A DNA stretch of 32,000 nucleotides from Nitrosomonas europaea (lineage in GTDB: Bacteria; Pseudomonadota; Gammaproteobacteria; Burkholderiales; Nitrosomonadaceae), in the NCBI RefSeq assembly GCF_900167395.1, contig NZ_FUWK01000003.1:120001-152000 (forward strand), in the 5' to 3' direction. Position 1 is the stretch's first letter; the number at the start of each line of letters is the position of its first letter. The notes under the pieces were generated by a model. It saw only the letters and a list, made by a program, of their open reading frames with translations. It was not told where the DNA came from and did not search any database. The position numbers and the translations under genes were made by a program. Shown one piece after another: positions 1 through 8,998 of the stretch.

Positions 1-822
1 AATCAGAAACGCGCCGGTAAACAGTGCCACCAGTGCCAGAATGTTCAGATTGACGCGATAGGCGCGCGACATATTGTGTGCGCGCTCATCGTCATCTTCG
101 CTCTCCGTCAGTAGATAGGATGCACCCAGCTCCTTGCTCAATGTTGCACGGAAGGTATCGCGATCGACACCTTGCCGCAGCTTCAGCTCGATGCGGGAGA
201 GTTGCCCGAGCTGATCGAAATGCCACTGTGCCGCGCCGATATCCATGACGGCAATGCGCTGGCCGGCGTGTGCTCGCGTCAGTCCACCGGCCACCCGCAA
301 CGTGATGCGTTTGGCACCTGCACTGACTTCGATCGAATCTCCCTGTTTGACTGACAGCCATTCCATTGCGGCAGGGGACAGAAAAACGGCATCGCTGGCC
401 AGTATGTCCATTTGTCTATCCTCTGCGGGAACGCCCAGCAGATCAGGTGTGACGGCGGTTGCGCGAAAAACATCCAGACCCAGTATCTTGAAAACAGGGT
501 TATGCATGCTTTTTGCTTTGGCGGGCACGCCTGCGGTGATTTCCAGTACCGGGCTGGCCTGTGCCACGCCTTCATGTTGCATGAGAGTCGGGTAGAGGGA
601 TTCATCGAACGTGGATTGCACTGCGCGTACTGTCAGATCGGATGTACCGGAGAGGCTGCGGGTGGCTGCAGAAAATTCACTGACCGCTGCGGTATTGATC
701 AGATGAATGGTAAATCCCAATGCTACCCCGAGCATGATAGCCAGAACAGCCACAACAGACTGCAAGCGGTGCGAGCACCATTCACCCAGCAACAGCCAGC
801 GAGTGAGCGATACCGGATTCAT
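1..822 (-). CDS. ABC transporter permease, FtsX/YbbP-like (N-terminal part only; gene runs off the left edge)
   Basis: Absent from the supplied ORF track because no stop lies in the window. My hand translation of the minus strand from the ATG at 822..820 stays open to position 1 (274 codons): [50 protein letters not shown]...SRAYRVNLNILALVALFTGAFLI. It shows an N-terminal TM helix, a long soluble loop, then the next hydrophobic segment, which is the FtsX-type permease layout. The ATG overlaps the TGA of the upstream ATPase gene (ATGA at 819..822). Confidence 0.7.
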   Translation of the reverse strand, partial: MNPVSLTRWLLLGEWCSHRLQSVVAVLAIMLGVALGFTIHLINTAAVSEFSAATRSLSGTSDLTVRAVQSTFDESLYPTLMQHEGVAQASPVLEITAGVPAKAKSMHNPVFKILGLDVFRATAVTPDLLGVPAEDRQMDILASDAVFLSPAAMEWLSVKQGDSIEVSAGAKRITLRVAGGLTRAHAGQRIAVMDIGAAQWHFDQLGQLSRIELKLRQGVDRDTFRATLSKELGASYLLTESEDDDERAHNMSRAYRVNLNILALVALFTGAFLI

Positions 823-1493
823 GTCTGATTTTCCAGTGGGACGGGTGTAAGACCGTGTTTGCTCAGCATCAGGATTTTATCGGCTGTCTCGGCGGCCAGG
901 CGCGAGTGCGTGACGATAATCGCGGAAGCCTGATTGGCTTTGATTTCGGTACGGATCAGTTGCAGTACCTCATGGGCGGTATCCTGATCGAGATTGCCGG
1001 TAGGTTCATCAGCCAGAATCAGACGAGGGCGGTGTACCAGCGCACGGGCAATGGCTACCCGCTGCAGTTCTCCTCCGGACAGCTGATGGGGAAAATCCTG
1101 TTCCCTTCCCTGTAAACCCACTGCCGTCAGCATGACGGGTGCACGATCGAGGGGCAGACGATTGAGCAACAGCGGCAGCGAGACATTTTGCAGCAGCGTC
1201 AGGTGCGGCAGGATGTGAAATGCCTGAAAGATGAATCCCAAGTGCCTGCGTCGCAGGTTCGTTGCTGCTTCGTCTTCCACCGGCAGGATTTTGCCGTCAA
1301 TTCTGATCTCGCCGCTGTCGGGGCTGTCCAGTCCGGCGATCAGGTTCAGCAGGGTCGATTTGCCTACTCCGGAATCTCCCATGATTGCGACATATTCCCC
1401 GGCTGCAAAGCTGTACGACAAACCGGACAGCACCTGCCGGCTCGAATAGGTTTTGCTGACATTGCTCAATTCCAGAACGGGTGTAAGGCTCAT
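819..1493 (-). CDS. ABC transporter ATP-binding protein (LolD/YbbA-like, MacB-type family)
   Basis: Within ORF 819..1715(-). The start is placed at the internal Met ([16 protein letters not shown]...) at 1493, because upstream residues are unrelated to ABC ATPases. Walker [10 protein letters not shown], signature [15 protein letters not shown], Walker [14 protein letters not shown]-loop IVTHS. Confidence 0.9.
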   Translation of the reverse strand: MSLTPVLELSNVSKTYSSRQVLSGLSYSFAAGEYVAIMGDSGVGKSTLLNLIAGLDSPDSGEIRIDGKILPVEDEAATNLRRRHLGFIFQAFHILPHLTLLQNVSLPLLLNRLPLDRAPVMLTAVGLQGREQDFPHQLSGGELQRVAIARALVHRPRLILADEPTGNLDQDTAHEVLQLIRTEIKANQASAIIVTHSRLAAETADKILMLSKHGLTPVPLENQT

Positions 1494-1547
1494 ACCGGGT
1501 ATTGTATAGTTGATGACATGATCAGAGCATACGAGGTTTTTACCGAT

Positions 1548-1895
1548 ATGGACATCCAAATCAAAAGAGCTTACGAACCGGCCGATCCCGCAGATGGCTG
1601 CCGTATCCTGGTGGATCGGCTCTGGCCGCGCGGACTGACCAAACAGCAGGTGGCATGTGATCTGTGGCTGAAAGAGATCGCTCCCACTGCTGATTTGCGT
1701 AAGTGGTTTAATCATGACCCTGCAAAGTGGGCAGAATTCCAGCGTCGCTATCGTGACGAGCTGTCAGTCAATCCCTGCGTGAAAGAGTTGCTGGACAGAG
1801 CTGCCAAAGGGCGGTTGACACTGCTTTACGGTGCACGTGATGCCGAATGCAACCAGGCCGTGGTGTTACGGGATTATCTGCTGGAACGAAACTGA
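1548..1895 (+). CDS. DUF488 family protein (YeaO-like)
   Basis: C-terminal 115 aa of ORF 1188..1895. MDIQIKRAYEPADPADGCRILVDRLWPRGLTKQQVACDLWLKEIAPTADLRKWFNHDPAKWAEFQRRYRDEL matches the characteristic DUF488 pattern (RxYE...G.R.LVDRLWPRG...W.K..APS..LR.WF.HD...W..F...Y..EL). The part of the ORF upstream of 1548 is antisense to the ABC ATPase gene. Confidence 0.8.
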   Translation: MDIQIKRAYEPADPADGCRILVDRLWPRGLTKQQVACDLWLKEIAPTADLRKWFNHDPAKWAEFQRRYRDELSVNPCVKELLDRAAKGRLTLLYGARDAECNQAVVLRDYLLERN

Positions 1896-2090
1896 CAAGG
1901 ATATGCATTTTTTACAGAGAGGCTGGTGGCTGGCCGGCATCAGTTGCGGATTTTCGCAGTCGGACCGGTCGTGCGATAATTGCGTGTTTCGTCCATATGC
2001 AGGAGAGAGGGTCGGCAGCATCAGGTAATTTCTGCTGTTTACCCCAGGCCCGGGCAACCTGCCAGTTTCAGAATCTATTATTCAATTACT

Positions 2091-2582
2091 ATGAAAAAAA
2101 TCAGAATCGGACAAGGGTTTGATATTCACCCGCTGGTGGTTGGGCGTGATCTCATCATCGGGGGAGTGACCATTCCGTATGAGAAAGGGCTGCTGGGTCA
2201 TTCGGATGCGGATGTGCTGCTGCATGCTTTGTGTGATGCACTGCTGGGGGCAGCTGCCCTGGGAGATATCGGCCGGCATTTCTCCGATACCGATGCGCGC
2301 TATCAGGGGATCGACAGCCGCAAACTGGTGCGTGAGGTTCATCGGTTGCTGACTGAAGCAGGCTATCGTGTGGTGAATATCGATGCAACCATCATTGCCC
2401 AGGTACCCAAAATGGCACCCCATATTCCAGGGATGGTTACGAACATTGCGCAGGATCTCACTCTTCCGGCAGGAGACATCAATATCAAAGCGAAAACCGC
2501 AGAGAAGCTGGGGGTTGTCGGGCGTGGCGAAGGGATCGTGGCGGAAGTGGTCTGCCTGATCGCGGATGGAGATGAGGTGTAA
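2091..2582 (+). CDS. ispF: 2-C-methyl-D-erythritol 2,4-cyclodiphosphate synthase
   Basis: [68 protein letters not shown]...[12 protein letters not shown]...[17 protein letters not shown] is near-collinear with E. coli IspF as I recall it, including the Zn/substrate motifs DxH and HSDxD. Start taken at the Met at 2091 inside ORF 1980..2582. Confidence 0.97.
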   Translation: MKKIRIGQGFDIHPLVVGRDLIIGGVTIPYEKGLLGHSDADVLLHALCDALLGAAALGDIGRHFSDTDARYQGIDSRKLVREVHRLLTEAGYRVVNIDATIIAQVPKMAPHIPGMVTNIAQDLTLPAGDINIKAKTAEKLGVVGRGEGIVAEVVCLIADGDEV

Positions 2583-2587
2583 CCATC

Positions 2588-3163
2588 ATGTCCAGTGTGG
2601 CTCCCTCCGTCAGACTGTTTTTCGCGTTGTGGCCGCAGGAGGCGGTGCGTAAACAACTGGCCCGGCTGGCCAGAAGGATTGCAGATCAGTGTGCTGGCCG
2701 GTGTGTGCGGCCGGAGAACCTGCATCTGACACTGGCATTCATTGGTGAAGTGGATAGCAGCGTGGTCCCGATATTGCGCCAGGCAGGCTCAGCCATCCAC
2801 CGTACATCGTTCGATCTGTTATTGGATAAACTGCACTGTTGGGGAAAAGGCAGCATCATCGCTGCTGGAGTTTCACAGCCTTGCGGCGAACTGACAGTAC
2901 TGGTACAGGATTTGCGCAATCAGCTTTCTGCTGCTGGCGTTCGCTATGACACAGTGAAATTCGTACCGCATGTCACGCTGGTGCGAAATGCCAAACGGGA
3001 ACCCGAGCAGAAACATTTTCCGGAAACGATTCCGCCCGTCGCCTGGGCGGCAGATCGATGGTCACTGGTGCAATCCCGGCCAACTCCATACGGATCGGCC
3101 TATCAATCGTTTGCAGATTGGGCGCTCGCATCACAGGATTTTGATGAACATCATCGCGCTTGA
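2588..3163 (+). CDS. thpR: RNA 2',3'-cyclic phosphodiesterase (2H phosphoesterase, LigT/ThpR family)
   Basis: 191-aa ORF with the two HxT/SxL motifs of the 2H family (NLHLTLAFIGEV and PHVTLVR) and the RLFFALWP N-terminus typical of LigT. Starts 5 nt after the ispF stop. Confidence 0.85.
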   Translation: MSSVAPSVRLFFALWPQEAVRKQLARLARRIADQCAGRCVRPENLHLTLAFIGEVDSSVVPILRQAGSAIHRTSFDLLLDKLHCWGKGSIIAAGVSQPCGELTVLVQDLRNQLSAAGVRYDTVKFVPHVTLVRNAKREPEQKHFPETIPPVAWAADRWSLVQSRPTPYGSAYQSFADWALASQDFDEHHRA

Positions 3164-3815
3164 TACTTCGACCGAGTACTGTTCCCTGGCTTTATGGCTG
3201 AACGGCAACCTCGTCAGCAGGGAAGTGCTGGCTGGCCAACGCCATTCCGAGCTGTTGTTGCCGATGCTGCAAACCCTGCTGACTGAAGCCGGCATCGCTC
3301 TGAATCAGATCGATGGCATCGCTTTTGGAGCGGGTCCGGGTTCCTTTACCGGGTTGCGAATTGCCTGTGGTGTTACTCAGGGGCTGGCGTTTGCCCAGGA
3401 TATACCCGTGATCGGGATCAGCACGCTGGAAGCGCTGGCGCAGCAGGTCGATGCCCCGCGGGTACTGGCTGCACTGGATGCGCGCATGGGAGAACTGTAC
3501 TTTGCAGCATATGAAAAAACGGCAACCGGCTGGTTGTGTGTGCATGAGCCGCTGCTATGCCGGCCGGAAACAGCTCCGGGGGTAACCGGGGACGGGTGGA
3601 CAGGGTGCGGCAGTGGTTTCGATCTGTATCAGCCAGTCTTATCGGAAAAGTACAGCAGTAACCTGCAGCGGATCGTTCCAGGCTGTTATCCGCGCGCGCG
3701 TGAAATGGCAGAGATGTCGGCAATAAAGTTCGCCAGCGGTGAGGGCAGGGTGGCGGAAGAAGCACTCCCGGTGTACATCCGCAACAAGGTGGCACTTAAG
3801 GAAAGTGAACGATAA
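3144..3815 (+). CDS. tsaB: tRNA threonylcarbamoyladenosine (t6A) biosynthesis protein TsaB (YeaZ)
   Basis: MNIIALDTSTEYCSLALW...HSELLLPMLQTLL...IDGIAFGAGPGSFTGLRIACGVTQGLAFAQDIPVIGISTLEALA...LAALDARMGELY...PVYIRNKVA is collinear with E. coli YeaZ. Internal Met at 3144 of ORF 2970..3815; overlaps the thpR end by 20 nt. Confidence 0.93.
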   Translation: MNIIALDTSTEYCSLALWLNGNLVSREVLAGQRHSELLLPMLQTLLTEAGIALNQIDGIAFGAGPGSFTGLRIACGVTQGLAFAQDIPVIGISTLEALAQQVDAPRVLAALDARMGELYFAAYEKTATGWLCVHEPLLCRPETAPGVTGDGWTGCGSGFDLYQPVLSEKYSSNLQRIVPGCYPRAREMAEMSAIKFASGEGRVAEEALPVYIRNKVALKESER

Positions 3816-3817
3816 CG

Positions 3818-4291
3818 ATGGCAACGACCGGAATACCCGCTTTTCAGGCGGAAATTCGTGAAATGCATCCGGATGATCTGGAACAGGTCATCCGCATCGA
3901 GCATGAGATTTTTCTTTTTCCATGGTCGATCGTCAATTTCAGTGATTCGATCAAGGCGGGTTACCACTGTCGCGTGCTGGTACAGCCGAACAGCGATCTG
4001 GTGATGGGCTACGGCATCCTGATGACCGGGCCGGGCGAAGCACATGTACTGACACTTGGTGTCGGGGCAGCCTGGCAGAGCCAGGGGCTGGGCAGGAAGA
4101 TGCTGCGCTATCTGATCGAGCTTTCCAGAAAGCATCAGGCGGAATTTGTCCTGCTGGACGTGCGTGAATCGAATACCGGTGCGATAAATTTATACCAGCG
4201 GCTTGGATTCCAGCAGATTGCTGTACGCAAGGGCTACTACCCGGCGATGTGCGGGCGCGAGGACGCACTGGTCATGAAGCTGGAGTTATGA
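3818..4291 (+). CDS. rimI: ribosomal-protein-alanine N-acetyltransferase (GNAT)
   Basis: GNAT acetyl-CoA motif QSQGLGRKMLRYLIE, plus FPWS..F, LDVRESNTGAINLYQRLGF and YYP...REDALVM as in RimI. Sits in the classic tsaB-rimI position, 2 nt after the tsaB stop. Confidence 0.9.
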   Translation: MATTGIPAFQAEIREMHPDDLEQVIRIEHEIFLFPWSIVNFSDSIKAGYHCRVLVQPNSDLVMGYGILMTGPGEAHVLTLGVGAAWQSQGLGRKMLRYLIELSRKHQAEFVLLDVRESNTGAINLYQRLGFQQIAVRKGYYPAMCGREDALVMKLEL

Positions 4292-4348
4292 GCCTGAAAG
4301 TACAAATTTCCGAATTTACCGGTTTATCTGATTAAGAAAGGTACAACC

Positions 4349-5092
4349 ATGGATCCCAATCGGCTTAAGGAACTCGGATTGTTACCGGTGTGGCGCGTCA
4401 GGCCGGGTGCCATAGCCGGTCAATCGCCTGACTCAGGGAAGAATATGTCCGATCAGATAGAAACTGCTGCGGAAAGCCGCCCATTTGAAGAATCCGAAGA
4501 TCGTTCGACTTCCATAGCGCATGCGGATTGGGGGCGGCTGCGGCAGATGGTCAGTGGTTGCACCGCCTGTCCGCTTAGCCAAACACGCAAGCAGACGGTG
4601 TTCGGTGTCGGCGATGAGCAGGCTGACTGGTTGTTCATCGGGGAAGGGCCGGGTGCCCGCGAGGATGAGCTGGGTGAACCGTTCGTCGGCCAGGCCGGCA
4701 AACTGCTCGATAATATGCTGCAGGCGGTCAGCCTCCGTCGCGGTCAGGATGTCTATATTGCCAATATCGTGAAATGTCGCCCGCCGGGAAATCGTAATCC
4801 GCAGGATGCGGAAGCGGAACAGTGCCGCCCCTATCTGTTACGCCAGATTGCACTGATTCAGCCCAGGCTGATCGTGGCGCTGGGTAAGGTAGCTGCCCAG
4901 AATCTGCTGGCCACCGATGCCAGCATTGCCAGCCTGCGCGGCAGGTTGCATGAATTTTCCGGTATTCCCCTGATCGTCACCTATCACCCGGCCTATCTGC
5001 TGCGTTCGCTGGGTGACAAAGCCAAAGCATGGGAAGACCTGTGTTTTGCCCGCGACACCATGCGCAATTTACAGGCGGCTCATTCATCGTAA
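4349..5092 (+). CDS. uracil-DNA glycosylase, family 4 (Fe-S type)
   Basis: GCTACPL...[41 protein letters not shown]...[16 protein letters not shown]...[10 protein letters not shown] are the family-4 UDG motifs (GEGPG, GxPFVGxAGxLL, KCRPP, HP..LL). The N-terminal extension makes the exact start uncertain; an alternative Met lies at 4445. Confidence 0.88.
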   Translation: MDPNRLKELGLLPVWRVRPGAIAGQSPDSGKNMSDQIETAAESRPFEESEDRSTSIAHADWGRLRQMVSGCTACPLSQTRKQTVFGVGDEQADWLFIGEGPGAREDELGEPFVGQAGKLLDNMLQAVSLRRGQDVYIANIVKCRPPGNRNPQDAEAEQCRPYLLRQIALIQPRLIVALGKVAAQNLLATDASIASLRGRLHEFSGIPLIVTYHPAYLLRSLGDKAKAWEDLCFARDTMRNLQAAHSS

Positions 5093-5111
5093 GCGATTCC
5101 CTGTCCGCGGT

Positions 5112-6635
5112 TCAGGCTGCCGACAGTTGTCGTGCCCGGAATGCACGTCCTATTTTTTCGAGATCCAGCATAGGAAGCATGCGTATGGCATTACCGTTGC
5201 CAATCTGGGCCAGTTTGTTGGAATGGATCGCACGTTTCAGATCATCGTCCGCCGATCCGCCGAACTGCGGTAATTCCGGTTCCCATTCAGCCGTTTCGAT
5301 CGATTTCAGGGCGGGAATGGCAAACCCCATCACTTCATTGTCGATTTCCACCACCAGAATATAGGCGGAAGAGGAGGCCGGCGTGAATTGTCCGGTCATC
5401 AGCCGGTGCAGGCAAACCACCGGAATGCTGCGCCCGCGTATCACGATCATGCCCAGCAGCGGGCCGGTTTGTTCAAAAACAGGAATGCTGTGGTTGAAGG
5501 GCAGGATTTCCCGGATTTGTTCAAACGGCGTTGCCGTTTCACTCCGGAGCAGGTAGGTCACCATATCGCGTTTACGGCTGGTATTTTTTTTGCCTGCAAC
5601 AGATGTTTGTGAGTGATCCTGATGGATGAAGGGCTGTTGCGGGGAGCTGACATCGGCCAGTGCCATGATTTCATGATTGGATTTCAGTCCTGCACCTCTC
5701 AATACCAGAAACTGGGAAGCGAGGATGGCTTCCTGTTGCGAGCGGGATGCCGGCAGGGATGATTTGGGAATCGCACCACTGAACAATTCCGGTTGCGGCA
5801 GAGCATAGGTGGGCACATCGATGATTTCGCCGGCGCGGATACGCACGACATCGATCACCTTGCTGACCAGAAATGCAGCCATGCCTTTGGGTAGTTGAAT
5901 GAGAAACGCCTGCAGCGGTGTGTCCGGCTCGATTTTGCCCAGTCCGCATATTTCCAGCAAATCCAGGACCGGGATTCTGCTGCCGGCGTGTTCGATCACG
6001 CCACGGCAGCTGCCCATGGCCAGTGGAGAATTTCTGATTTCCGGATCGGATAATGTCGTATAAACCTCCATGGCATCGATGGCAAAGGCGATCCGGTTGC
6101 AGCGCAGTAACAGCACGGGCATGACCTTGTCCTGCCCGCTGGCAGCATCTGTCCGGGTTGCAGCCTTCTTTTTCATTTCCCGGTGATCTGCCAGCGGCAC
6201 ATCCCGGAGTGTAGCCAGTACAGAGGGTGACAGCAGATTGACGAGTGTACCGTTATCGCTGCGACGGATGCTGCCATGGAAAACGGGCTGATCCGCTGCC
6301 GCGAAACTGATTGGGTTGATCTCTTCGCTTTCTCCGGTGAACACCCCGGTGACAGCTTCCGTGAGCAGGCCCAGCAACCGGTTTTCATGCGCCATGATCA
6401 TGACATTCTGGAACGGTACTCTGGGGGTGGGCATGTCGAATACGATGCGCAAATCGACTACCGGCACCATGATCCCGCGCAGATCGATCCCGCCGATCAC
6501 GCAGGGTGATGCACAAGGTAATCTGGCCAGCCCGCCGCAGGGGACGACTTCACGCAAAACCTGCATCGGCAAAGCGAGTTCCATGCCGCCAATGCGGAAT
6601 CCGCCGAATCCCGGCTTTGCCGCTATTGGCTCCAT
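5112..6635 (-). CDS. chemotaxis scaffold protein with three tandem CheW-like domains
   Basis: 507-aa ORF with three successive CheW-like modules (approx aa 11-145, 171-320, 358-500). Each carries the core pattern seen in VIGGIDLRGIMVPVVDLRIVF, CRGVIEHAGSRIPVLDLLEICG and LLGMIVIRGRSIPVVCLHRLM. There is no kinase, receiver or other domain. Its ATG (6635..6633) shares one nt with the TGA of the upstream receptor gene. Confidence 0.85.
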   Translation of the reverse strand: MEPIAAKPGFGGFRIGGMELALPMQVLREVVPCGGLARLPCASPCVIGGIDLRGIMVPVVDLRIVFDMPTPRVPFQNVMIMAHENRLLGLLTEAVTGVFTGESEEINPISFAAADQPVFHGSIRRSDNGTLVNLLSPSVLATLRDVPLADHREMKKKAATRTDAASGQDKVMPVLLLRCNRIAFAIDAMEVYTTLSDPEIRNSPLAMGSCRGVIEHAGSRIPVLDLLEICGLGKIEPDTPLQAFLIQLPKGMAAFLVSKVIDVVRIRAGEIIDVPTYALPQPELFSGAIPKSSLPASRSQQEAILASQFLVLRGAGLKSNHEIMALADVSSPQQPFIHQDHSQTSVAGKKNTSRKRDMVTYLLRSETATPFEQIREILPFNHSIPVFEQTGPLLGMIVIRGRSIPVVCLHRLMTGQFTPASSSAYILVVEIDNEVMGFAIPALKSIETAEWEPELPQFGGSADDDLKRAIHSNKLAQIGNGNAIRMLPMLDLEKIGRAFRARQLSAA

Positions 6636-8314
6636 CAGTCCACCTGGTTTTTTGCGTTGGCGATATGTTCGATCAGTGCGCTGACTTCTTTGGCAACCGT
6701 GCTCTGGTTTTCTGCCGATTCGGCAATTTCCGCTACGCTCTTGCTGGTTCTGGCCACACCCGACATGATGCCTTCGAAGCTGCGCGAAGCTTCGCGGGTG
6801 ACCTCCGCACCTTTATCCACGTGTTTGGCAGATTCCGCAATCAGCTTGGTGATCTCGCGTGCTGCGACCGAACTGCGTTCAGCCAGCTTGCGTACTTCAT
6901 CGGCCACTACCGAGAAACCGATGCCGTGTTCACCGGCACGTGCCGCTTCGATTGCGGCATTGAACGCCAGCAGATTGGTTTGATTGGCGATTTCATCGAT
7001 CACCCCGACGATTTCAGATACCTGCGATGCGCTGGTTTGAATGGCAGTAATCGCAGCGATAGATTTTTGCAGCGCATCAAACCCGTTTTGTGCCGCGCTG
7101 GAAGAATCACGTGCCAGTTCTGCTGCGACATTGGAGTTGGCAGCGATGGCATCCACACTTTCAGCCAGCTTGCGCACATGCAGGTTCATTTCGGTCGTTC
7201 CAGCTGCGATCAGCTGTTCGAGCTGCACTTCACTGGTGACGTCGTGCGCAAACTTGACGATTTTCATTACCTTACCATTGAGGTCGAAAATCGGGTTGTA
7301 CGTGGCCTGAATCCAGACATCGCGATCATATTTGCCGATACGGTGGAAGCGACCGCTGATGAATTCGCCGTTACCCAGTTTGAGCCAGAAATCGCGGTAC
7401 TCCTTACTCCGGGCGTAATCGATCGGACAGAACATGCTGTGGTGCTGTCCCTTGATTTCGCGCAGCGTGTAACCTATTGCCGCCAGGAAATTGTAATTGG
7501 CATCGATCACATGACCATCCAGATCAAACTCGATCACGGCCTGACCACGGCCCATGGCTGCAACTTTGGCCTCAAATTCGGATTGGTATAATTTGCTGGC
7601 GGTAATATCGGTGGCAAATTTCACTACCTTGACCGGTTTGCCTTTGTGGTCGAAGACCGGGTTGTAGGTGGCCTGAATCCAGATTTCATGGTTATTACTG
7701 CCGATCCGTTTGAACTCGCCCGTGGTGTATTCTCCGCGCCCCAGTCGTTCCCAGAAGATTTCATAGTCGGCACTTGCGGCTTCTGCGGGATCGACGAACA
7801 TGCGATGGTGCCGACCGATGATGTCTTCCAGATGATAGCTCGTGAGTTTGAGGAAGTTTTCATTGGCGTGAAGTACTTTGCCGTTCAGATCGAATTCGAT
7901 GACTGCCTGCGACCGGTTGATCGCCTGCATTTTACCGATACGGTCGATGCGCTCGAATTTGGCAGTGGTGATGTCATCCGCCTGCACGATGACTTTGGCC
8001 AGTTTTCCATCACGCCCTTTGAGCGGGCTGAAATTGGCCAGAAACCAGCGTTCTTTTTCGTCTGTTCCTTTGTAGCACCGTTCAAGGTTGACCGGCTGGA
8101 ACTCATTCAGCGCGATCCATAAGTCGATATATTCCTGTGCCTGCACATCTTCTTCAAACAGGAGATGTCGCTCGCTTTTGCCGATGAGATCGGCAGAGTT
8201 ACAGCCGAGGGCTTGCAGCATGCGTTCGTTGGCGCTGAGGACGCGACCTTCGGCCGACAGCTCCATCAGGCAACTGCTTCTGGAGACAGCCTCCATGCGG
8301 GCGGCCATTTCCAT
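6635..8314 (-). CDS. soluble methyl-accepting chemotaxis protein, PAS x3 + MCP signalling domain (probably the 3' part of a frameshifted PAS x4 gene)
   Basis: 559 aa with no TM segment and no HAMP. Three ~121-aa PAS repeats (e.g. [21 protein letters not shown]...GQHHSMF...[11 protein letters not shown]...KFAHDVT) are followed by the conserved MCP hairpin tip [41 protein letters not shown]. The signalling domain is short (~170 aa). Confidence 0.85.
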   Translation of the reverse strand: MEMAARMEAVSRSSCLMELSAEGRVLSANERMLQALGCNSADLIGKSERHLLFEEDVQAQEYIDLWIALNEFQPVNLERCYKGTDEKERWFLANFSPLKGRDGKLAKVIVQADDITTAKFERIDRIGKMQAINRSQAVIEFDLNGKVLHANENFLKLTSYHLEDIIGRHHRMFVDPAEAASADYEIFWERLGRGEYTTGEFKRIGSNNHEIWIQATYNPVFDHKGKPVKVVKFATDITASKLYQSEFEAKVAAMGRGQAVIEFDLDGHVIDANYNFLAAIGYTLREIKGQHHSMFCPIDYARSKEYRDFWLKLGNGEFISGRFHRIGKYDRDVWIQATYNPIFDLNGKVMKIVKFAHDVTSEVQLEQLIAAGTTEMNLHVRKLAESVDAIAANSNVAAELARDSSSAAQNGFDALQKSIAAITAIQTSASQVSEIVGVIDEIANQTNLLAFNAAIEAARAGEHGIGFSVVADEVRKLAERSSVAAREITKLIAESAKHVDKGAEVTREASRSFEGIMSGVARTSKSVAEIAESAENQSTVAKEVSALIEHIANAKNQVD

Positions 8315-8733
8315 CGTCGCCAGTTTTCACTGGTGATATCACTGGCGATCTGGATGATTTTAACCGGTTTGTTTTCCGTATCGAGCACCGGGATATAACT
8401 CGCCTGAATATAGATACAACCGCCTTCTGCGGTCATACGGCGAAATTCTCCATTCACACAATCGCCAGCGTGCAGTTTTTCCCAGAAGGCAGCGTACTCC
8501 TCATTTTCTGCAGTCCCTGGTAAGCACAGCAGACTGTGGTGCTTGCCGGCCAGATGCTCCAGGGTGTAGCCGAACAGGGAAAGAAAATTGGCATTGGCAT
8601 TCAGGATATTGCCGTGCAGATCATATTCCGCACCCGCCAGACTGCGGGTGATTGCCTTGTAAATATCGTTCTGATATTGCAGATCGTGCTCTGCCGGGGT
8701 TCGGGTTCTGGTAAACGGTAGTGATGATGACAT
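8266..8733 (-). CDS. single-PAS-domain fragment (probable 5' part of the frameshifted chemoreceptor gene)
   Basis: 155 aa. A PAS repeat of the same type as the downstream gene ([38 protein letters not shown]...[11 protein letters not shown]...[11 protein letters not shown]) is followed by 19 unrelated residues and a stop. It overlaps the next ORF by 49 nt in another frame. Confidence 0.7.
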   Translation of the reverse strand: MSSSLPFTRTRTPAEHDLQYQNDIYKAITRSLAGAEYDLHGNILNANANFLSLFGYTLEHLAGKHHSLLCLPGTAENEEYAAFWEKLHAGDCVNGEFRRMTAEGGCIYIQASYIPVLDTENKPVKIIQIASDITSENWRRWKWPPAWRLSPEAVA

Positions 8734-8998
8734 GCTTTCCTCGGGTTGTGTCGCGTTGTGATCGCAGTGCTGTTTAACAACCTGTTTTTCGGCCGGGATG
8801 ACGATGGCTTGAGAACGAACAGAAGGGGATTCAGGCGTCTTTTCTGCCGATCATTCAGCCACGCGATAAAACCTGCTGCCTGAAATGGAGGGAACGGTTC
8901 CGTATAGATAAAGGCAGGAATATTTGCTTTTTTATCCGGTTTGCCTGCCAGATCAGGGAATTAACATTGGCAGACTATTTTTGTAACGGGAAAATATC

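Noticed and set aside
1494-1715. N-terminal 74-aa extension of the ABC ATPase ORF (819..1715), and the 5' part (1188..1547) of the plus-strand 235-aa ORF.
   Set aside because: The residues upstream of [16 protein letters not shown] bear no resemblance to ABC ATPase N-termini and would overlap the divergent DUF488 gene. The DUF488 homology begins only at the Met at 1548, and the upstream part is antisense to the ATPase gene.
1896-2090. ispF without an adjacent ispD, read as a sign of rearrangement.
   Set aside because: Stand-alone ispF genes are common. Nothing in the 195-nt upstream region (repeats, scars) supports a recent event.
6506-7591. 361-aa plus-strand ORF, the longest unexplained ORF in the track.
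   Set aside because: It lies entirely antisense to the well-supported MCP/PAS gene. Its translation is low-complexity (R/F/C/G-rich) with no recognisable motif. It is a typical shadow ORF opposite a strongly codon-biased gene. The same reasoning applies to 7646..8122(+), 23166..23789(-), 3686..4135(-), 30324..30740(-) and the many short ORFs inside sbcC and the PKS.
8316-8330. Programmed -1 ribosomal frameshift at the A-run in the chemoreceptor gene.
   Set aside because: The site (AGU GAA AAC) is not a canonical X XXY YYZ slippery heptamer, and I see no stimulatory hairpin or pseudoknot directly downstream. A homopolymer indel is the simpler explanation. It is kept only as a minor alternative in the finding.
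8968-8984. Sigma54-like element TGGCAG-N5-TTTTG upstream of the FadL-family gene.
   Set aside because: The -12 element lacks the conserved GC (TTGC), and the site sits only ~15 nt from the ATG, leaving no room for a leader with an SD.
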